Positions 60,075-64,000 of a stretch of 64,000 bases of DNA are shown piece by piece. The notes below the pieces were generated by a model. The model ran no database searches and had not been told where the DNA came from. It worked only from the letters and a program-made list of their open reading frames with translations. The DNA is taken from positions 96,001-160,000 of IMG/VR virus record IMGVR_UViG_3300032167_003270. The stretch is one strand, 5' to 3'. The stretch is from a virus. Taxonomy: Duplodnaviria; Caudoviricetes. A program made the translations under genes and the position numbers. Positions within the stretch are counted from its first letter, which is position 1. Each line of letters starts with the position of its first letter.

Positions 60075-60079
60075 ACTCC

Positions 60080-60835
60080 TTATGATAACTGTTTCTTTAA
60101 TTCTTCGATTTCTTTATCTTTCTCACTAATGATAGCACCATACATTTCTACTATGGTTTCAGTTGCCTCTGTTAGTGATACGATTTTTGATTTAAGTATT
60201 GTCAACCCATTTGACAGTTCAGGATAGTTAGCCTTTCCGTATGTAGATAATGGGTAAATCCACATACGAGTTTCTCTAACATACTTATGTATCTTTTCTG
60301 TTTTCATATTATATAAATCTTCAACATTATGAGAACGGTCTGCTAACTTAACTAAAAGTGCAAACTTATTTCTCTTAATATTATTGAAATAGGTATTTAA
60401 CTGTTCATCAGTATAACCTGGGGTTTTACTAACAAGTGATACAGTTTCATATACCTTTTCCGAAAATCCATATTCTGTCACTAATTCAATTCCACCGTCA
60501 ATGAAGTAAGTTTCAGCGTCCTCAATGCTGTCGTGTAATAAAGCAGACGCAAATAAAATATCTAATTCCTCATTTGACATTGGCAGATTTAATGAGATTA
60601 AGGTACTACAAACTTTTAAACAATGAAGAATATAAGGTAATCTCCACTCTTTACCATCTACCATAATAGTACCTTTACGATACTGTCCATTATGAAACTT
60701 TCTTGCTAATGGTAATGCTTTTAAAGTTTGTGTAAGACACATACCTGTTGCATATCCCTTAATAAAGTTATATACCTCTCCGTACATAAACTCTTCATCT
60801 ACATTAAAACTTTCAATAATTGGTGTAGTATTCAT
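60080..60835 (-). CDS. HD-domain RelA/SpoT-type hydrolase (small alarmone hydrolase/Mesh1-like)
   Basis: ARKFHNGQYRK, PYILH, ALLHDSIED, VKLADRSHN; no synthetase domain. Confidence 0.85.
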   Translation of the reverse strand: MNTTPIIESFNVDEEFMYGEVYNFIKGYATGMCLTQTLKALPLARKFHNGQYRKGTIMVDGKEWRLPYILHCLKVCSTLISLNLPMSNEELDILFASALLHDSIEDAETYFIDGGIELVTEYGFSEKVYETVSLVSKTPGYTDEQLNTYFNNIKRNKFALLVKLADRSHNVEDLYNMKTEKIHKYVRETRMWIYPLSTYGKANYPELSNGLTILKSKIVSLTEATETIVEMYGAIISEKDKEIEELKKQLS

Positions 60836-60887
60836 ATGCAACACTCCTTTCAAATCTCAAATCTTTTATCTCTTACTCATTGAAATG

Positions 60888-60916
60888 ATTATAACACATA
60901 TATTTCAATTTGTCAA
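60888..60916 (-). promoter_or_regulatory. consensus sigmaA promoter
   Basis: TTGACA-N17-TATAAT with TG. Confidence 0.8.
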
Positions 60917-60936
60917 CAATTTTTTCTATTAAATTT

Positions 60937-61119
60937 TTAATCTAAATCTTCTTCAAAGAAATCGTCTAAATCGTCATCAAAATCTTCACAAGTTTCTACG
61001 GATTTGTTATAATGCTTTTTCATAAAATAATCTACAATACCTAAAATAGTACAAAATGCCATAAATAAAATAACAATAGTGCCAATGGTTTTTGTAGTAA
61101 AATTCCATAATTTCTTCAT
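60937..61119 (-). CDS. small membrane protein with acidic tail
   Basis: TM helix, AGGAG RBS. Confidence 0.65.
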   Translation of the reverse strand: MKKLWNFTTKTIGTIVILFMAFCTILGIVDYFMKKHYNKSVETCEDFDDDLDDFFEEDLD

Positions 61120-61133
61120 ATTATATATACTCC

Positions 61134-61349
61134 TTATAACTTTGATAAATAAGCCATTTGAATTTCGTCATTTAATTGCTTATCATATAAGGTTGTACTT
61201 ATATTACTATTCTGACAAAATCCCAAACAAACTATAAAACAAATTGACAATATCATTAATAAAATTCCTACAATCATCATTTTAAAAAAAATCTCCTTAC
61301 CAATCGCCATTTCCAATAGTTTTATTATAACCATTGTTATAGGCATCAT
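61134..61349 (-). CDS. small membrane protein (start uncertain)
   Basis: hydrophobic helix; overlaps upstream gene end. Confidence 0.45.
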   Translation of the reverse strand: MMPITMVIIKLLEMAIGKEIFFKMMIVGILLMILSICFIVCLGFCQNSNISTTLYDKQLNDEIQMAYLSKL

Positions 61350-62022
61350 ATTTTGCTATCATATCTTTTTCAAATTTATCTAAATCAAAATATCCACTAT
61401 TTACTAAAGGACATAATTTAATAGTGAATTTATCCCCACCCCTTTTATAATCAGCATATACATCTCCATTTCCGTGACCTGTGAAATGTTGATTTACTCT
61501 AAAAAATAATCGAGTGGCTTGTCCTACATAATACATTTTTTTATTCTTATTATAAATAACATAAACACCAACCATATCTCCTGACATTGTTTTCTTTAAT
61601 TTAAAGAATTGTTCAGGTGTGATACTATTAAAATTATTATCAACAATGTGGTCTGAATGATTTTTTATGTAATCAATAATTAAATCATCTACTCTACATT
61701 TTAATAATGGTCTACGGTGTCTATAAAAGTGATAAAAGTCTTGAGAGTAAAATTGACACGAAGTATTCAGTTCATTTATTTTAGTTTGAACTGCTTTATT
61801 GAAAATTGCTGTATAATCTCCTTTTTTCGTATAGATTTGTTTCTTATTCTTTTTAAATTCTCTTAAACATTTTTTCTCTGCTACTATATATAAGTATTCA
61901 GATAAATGCCCCATTATATAATCATAAGATGCAAAAAATGTTTTTATATAAGAAACAATAATCGTGATAAAGAAACCAGCAATTAACAATTTAATGGTCA
62001 AGTCACTCAAGTTGTACCACAT
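61297..62022 (-). CDS. GIY-YIG nuclease with N-terminal TM helix
   Basis: GVYVIYN..YYVGQA..RVNQHFTG, conserved Glu, GYNKT. Confidence 0.8.
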   Translation of the reverse strand: MWYNLSDLTIKLLIAGFFITIIVSYIKTFFASYDYIMGHLSEYLYIVAEKKCLREFKKNKKQIYTKKGDYTAIFNKAVQTKINELNTSCQFYSQDFYHFYRHRRPLLKCRVDDLIIDYIKNHSDHIVDNNFNSITPEQFFKLKKTMSGDMVGVYVIYNKNKKMYYVGQATRLFFRVNQHFTGHGNGDVYADYKRGGDKFTIKLCPLVNSGYFDLDKFEKDMIAKYDAYNNGYNKTIGNGDW

Positions 62023-62076
62023 TTCTTGTCATTTTTACTCTCTCCTTTTTCTTTTTATTTAGTTGTTAAATGGAAA

Positions 62077-62397
62077 TTATAGAAAATATCCCTCAATAAT
62101 TTCTTTTGGAAATTCACAATTTGTATTAAAAGGTGTTGCATCTACTAATGACTCTTCTACACAAATTCCCTTATCATTATATAGATAGGCTCTACCAATA
62201 ATTGCAATCGGTTGATTTTGTGGTGTTTCATATGCGTCATTAAAAAAGATAACTCCATCTTTTGACATATTCTTATTATGTAAGTTAATATCAACATCAC
62301 TTGAAAATGTGTGTGAAATAGTAAACTCTACATAATTATCATTTAAAGTTATTTTATACTGATTTTTATTTATATTTTCTAATTTCCAATCTCTCAT
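62077..62397 (-). CDS. hypothetical protein
   Basis: 106-aa ORF, AAGGAG RBS. Confidence 0.7.
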   Translation of the reverse strand: MRDWKLENINKNQYKITLNDNYVEFTISHTFSSDVDINLHNKNMSKDGVIFFNDAYETPQNQPIAIIGRAYLYNDKGICVEESLVDATPFNTNCEFPKEIIEGYFL

Positions 62398-62414
62398 AAT
62401 TAAATCTCCTTTAA

Positions 62415-63164
62415 TTATCCAACTCTCTTATCAATATTCTTTAAACTACCAACTCTATCAGATACATCTTCTGAATTTTCTTCTGTTTCTTCTGAACTAT
62501 CTGATGTTTCTTCTGATGGTTCTACATTTTCACTATCAGTTTCTTCTGTATCAGAACTTTCTGTTTCTTCATCAGTTGTTTCTTCTGAATTATCTTCTAC
62601 TGCATCAGTATCAGACGCATCTTCTGAATTATTCTGACCAGGTTCCCAACCAGGTTCAGTAATCAATGTACTAGGGTCAGCAGGTGTAGGTTCAAGTTCA
62701 TTTGTAGGTCCAGCAGGTGCTAAAATTTCAAAAATCTCTGAATAATCATCATACTCATAAGTCAACTTATTATCGGTACTTTGAATTACAAAAATTGCAC
62801 ATTTTTGGTCGCCCTTAAAACCACTAAAAGCATATTTAATAGTATTATCTTCTACGGTATAACCCACATATAAATAAGGTGCATATTCGGAAGATACATC
62901 TTTTACTAATGCCTTAATTGATTCATCACAATCTTCAAGGTTTGCAGATTCAATAACCCAACCCATTTCATTTGTTAATACACTTGGTACATCTTGGTCA
63001 GATGCAATTTCTTCCATTGTAGGTGGTGCTACATATTCTCCATTTTCAACCTGTTCAAGAATATCTTGATGACCTACATTATTTGATGATACTCCATCAC
63101 CACAACCTACTAATGAGGTTACTAATGTTAATGCTAATAAAGTTACTACTAATTTTCTTTTCAT
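62415..63164 (-). CDS. acidic lipoprotein
   Basis: lipobox LVGC; E/S/D-rich tail. Confidence 0.8.
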   Translation of the reverse strand: MKRKLVVTLLALTLVTSLVGCGDGVSSNNVGHQDILEQVENGEYVAPPTMEEIASDQDVPSVLTNEMGWVIESANLEDCDESIKALVKDVSSEYAPYLYVGYTVEDNTIKYAFSGFKGDQKCAIFVIQSTDNKLTYEYDDYSEIFEILAPAGPTNELEPTPADPSTLITEPGWEPGQNNSEDASDTDAVEDNSEETTDEETESSDTEETDSENVEPSEETSDSSEETEENSEDVSDRVGSLKNIDKRVG

Positions 63165-63166
63165 TT

Positions 63167-63493
63167 TTAATTTCCTTTCTTTTTTACATTTGTTTTGTTT
63201 TGTTCTATTTTAGCATTTGCTTTTGCTAAATTTCTTCTATTTATTTCTTTCTGTTCTTCTGTTAAATGAACAGGATTTCTATATTGAACTAATTTCTTTG
63301 AGAATTTATAGGTTTTAGAATATTTTTCTTCTTTAATTATAAAATAATCTTCTGGATATTTCTCAACTAATTTGTCCAACTTTCTCATAACTACAGGGTC
63401 GGCAGTATAAACTGTTGCAGTTTTTTCCTCATTATTATAATTTACAACTGTTTCTTGTTCCCAACGAGATAGTCCTGAAATTGATTTTGACAT
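63167..63493 (-). CDS. hypothetical protein
   Basis: LSRWEQETVVNYN...VYTAD; AGGAGG RBS. Confidence 0.75.
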   Translation of the reverse strand: MSKSISGLSRWEQETVVNYNNEEKTATVYTADPVVMRKLDKLVEKYPEDYFIIKEEKYSKTYKFSKKLVQYRNPVHLTEEQKEINRRNLAKANAKIEQNKTNVKKKGN

Positions 63494-63513
63494 ATATAAA
63501 ACCTCCTTGATTT

Positions 63514-63542
63514 ATTATAACTAAATGTTTTTTATTTGTATA
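63514..63542 (-). promoter_or_regulatory. sigmaA-type promoter
   Basis: TATACA-N17-TATAAT. Confidence 0.6.
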
Positions 63543-63563
63543 CACTTTTTCTAATCTAATTTT

Positions 63564-63926
63564 TTATTTCACATAACCTTGATGATAAATTTCCATTCCA
63601 CTACTATGATAATCTATATCTCTATAATTTAAAATTCCACTTTTAATTGAGTATGTAGTATCTTCAAAATATGCGTCATCAATATGACCTACCCAATTAC
63701 CATTCTTTTTAGAAAATCCAGAACCAATAACATACTTATATTCATCTTCTAATATATAATCTTCTTTATTATTTAATGTAAATGTTCCGTGAAAACCATC
63801 TTCATCCATACGAATAGTTAAAGTTCCGTCTACTATATTAGGTATATTATAATATCCTTTTATATACACATTTATAAAACAATTATAAAAAGCGTCATAA
63901 TCATTTACTTTTATAGGAACTAACAT
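63564..63926 (-). CDS. hypothetical protein
   Basis: 120-aa ORF. Confidence 0.6.
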   Translation of the reverse strand: MLVPIKVNDYDAFYNCFINVYIKGYYNIPNIVDGTLTIRMDEDGFHGTFTLNNKEDYILEDEYKYVIGSGFSKKNGNWVGHIDDAYFEDTTYSIKSGILNYRDIDYHSSGMEIYHQGYVK

Positions 63927-64000
63927 ATGATATTTTACTAACCATTTTGAATTAGGGTTATCTCTTCTTTCTTGTTTTTCTTTTTCATATTGTTCTTCTT

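Noticed and set aside
4196-63229. + strand ORFs in the track (e.g. 27513..27926, 27640..28095, 34124..34522, 37718..38038, 46311..46709)
   Set aside because: All are antisense shadows of well-supported - strand genes, often over low-complexity codons, with no convincing RBS.
1-64000. Alternative genetic code (stop reassignment)
   Set aside because: Long intact ORFs with conserved ends under the standard code; both TAA and TAG terminate genes normally.

Overview
Very AT-rich, gene-dense window with essentially all genes on the - strand and Firmicutes-style RBSs (AAAGGAG/GGAGG) and sigmaA promoters. It reads as part of a large mobile or extrachromosomal element of a Clostridia/Lachnospiraceae-like host (inference). 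It combines a divergent Gram-positive conjugation region (VirD4-like coupling protein, Replic_Relax-like protein, three large VirB6-like membrane proteins, TcpC/VirB8-like protein, pilin-like protein, cell-wall hydrolases, signal peptidase, ~2970-aa adhesin) with phage-like accessory genes (nrdD/nrdG, sbcCD, two SSBs, GIY-YIG nucleases, phosphatases, SpoT-type hydrolase). No virion structural genes or VirB4 were recognised. nrdD is split by a 937-nt group I intron carrying a LAGLIDADG endonuclease. The most striking unexplained feature is an array of four covarying hairpin units (7-bp stem + invariant CAGCAAU + variable 29-47 nt insert) directly downstream of a DUF2828/vWA (Ro60-like) gene, a candidate protein plus small-RNA-array system. 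Other non-coding signals: a 21-bp motif (AAATWAAG-NN-CTATTTAATTA) heading several operons, a palindromic dif-like site with many extra half-sites, and a duplicated promoter cassette.
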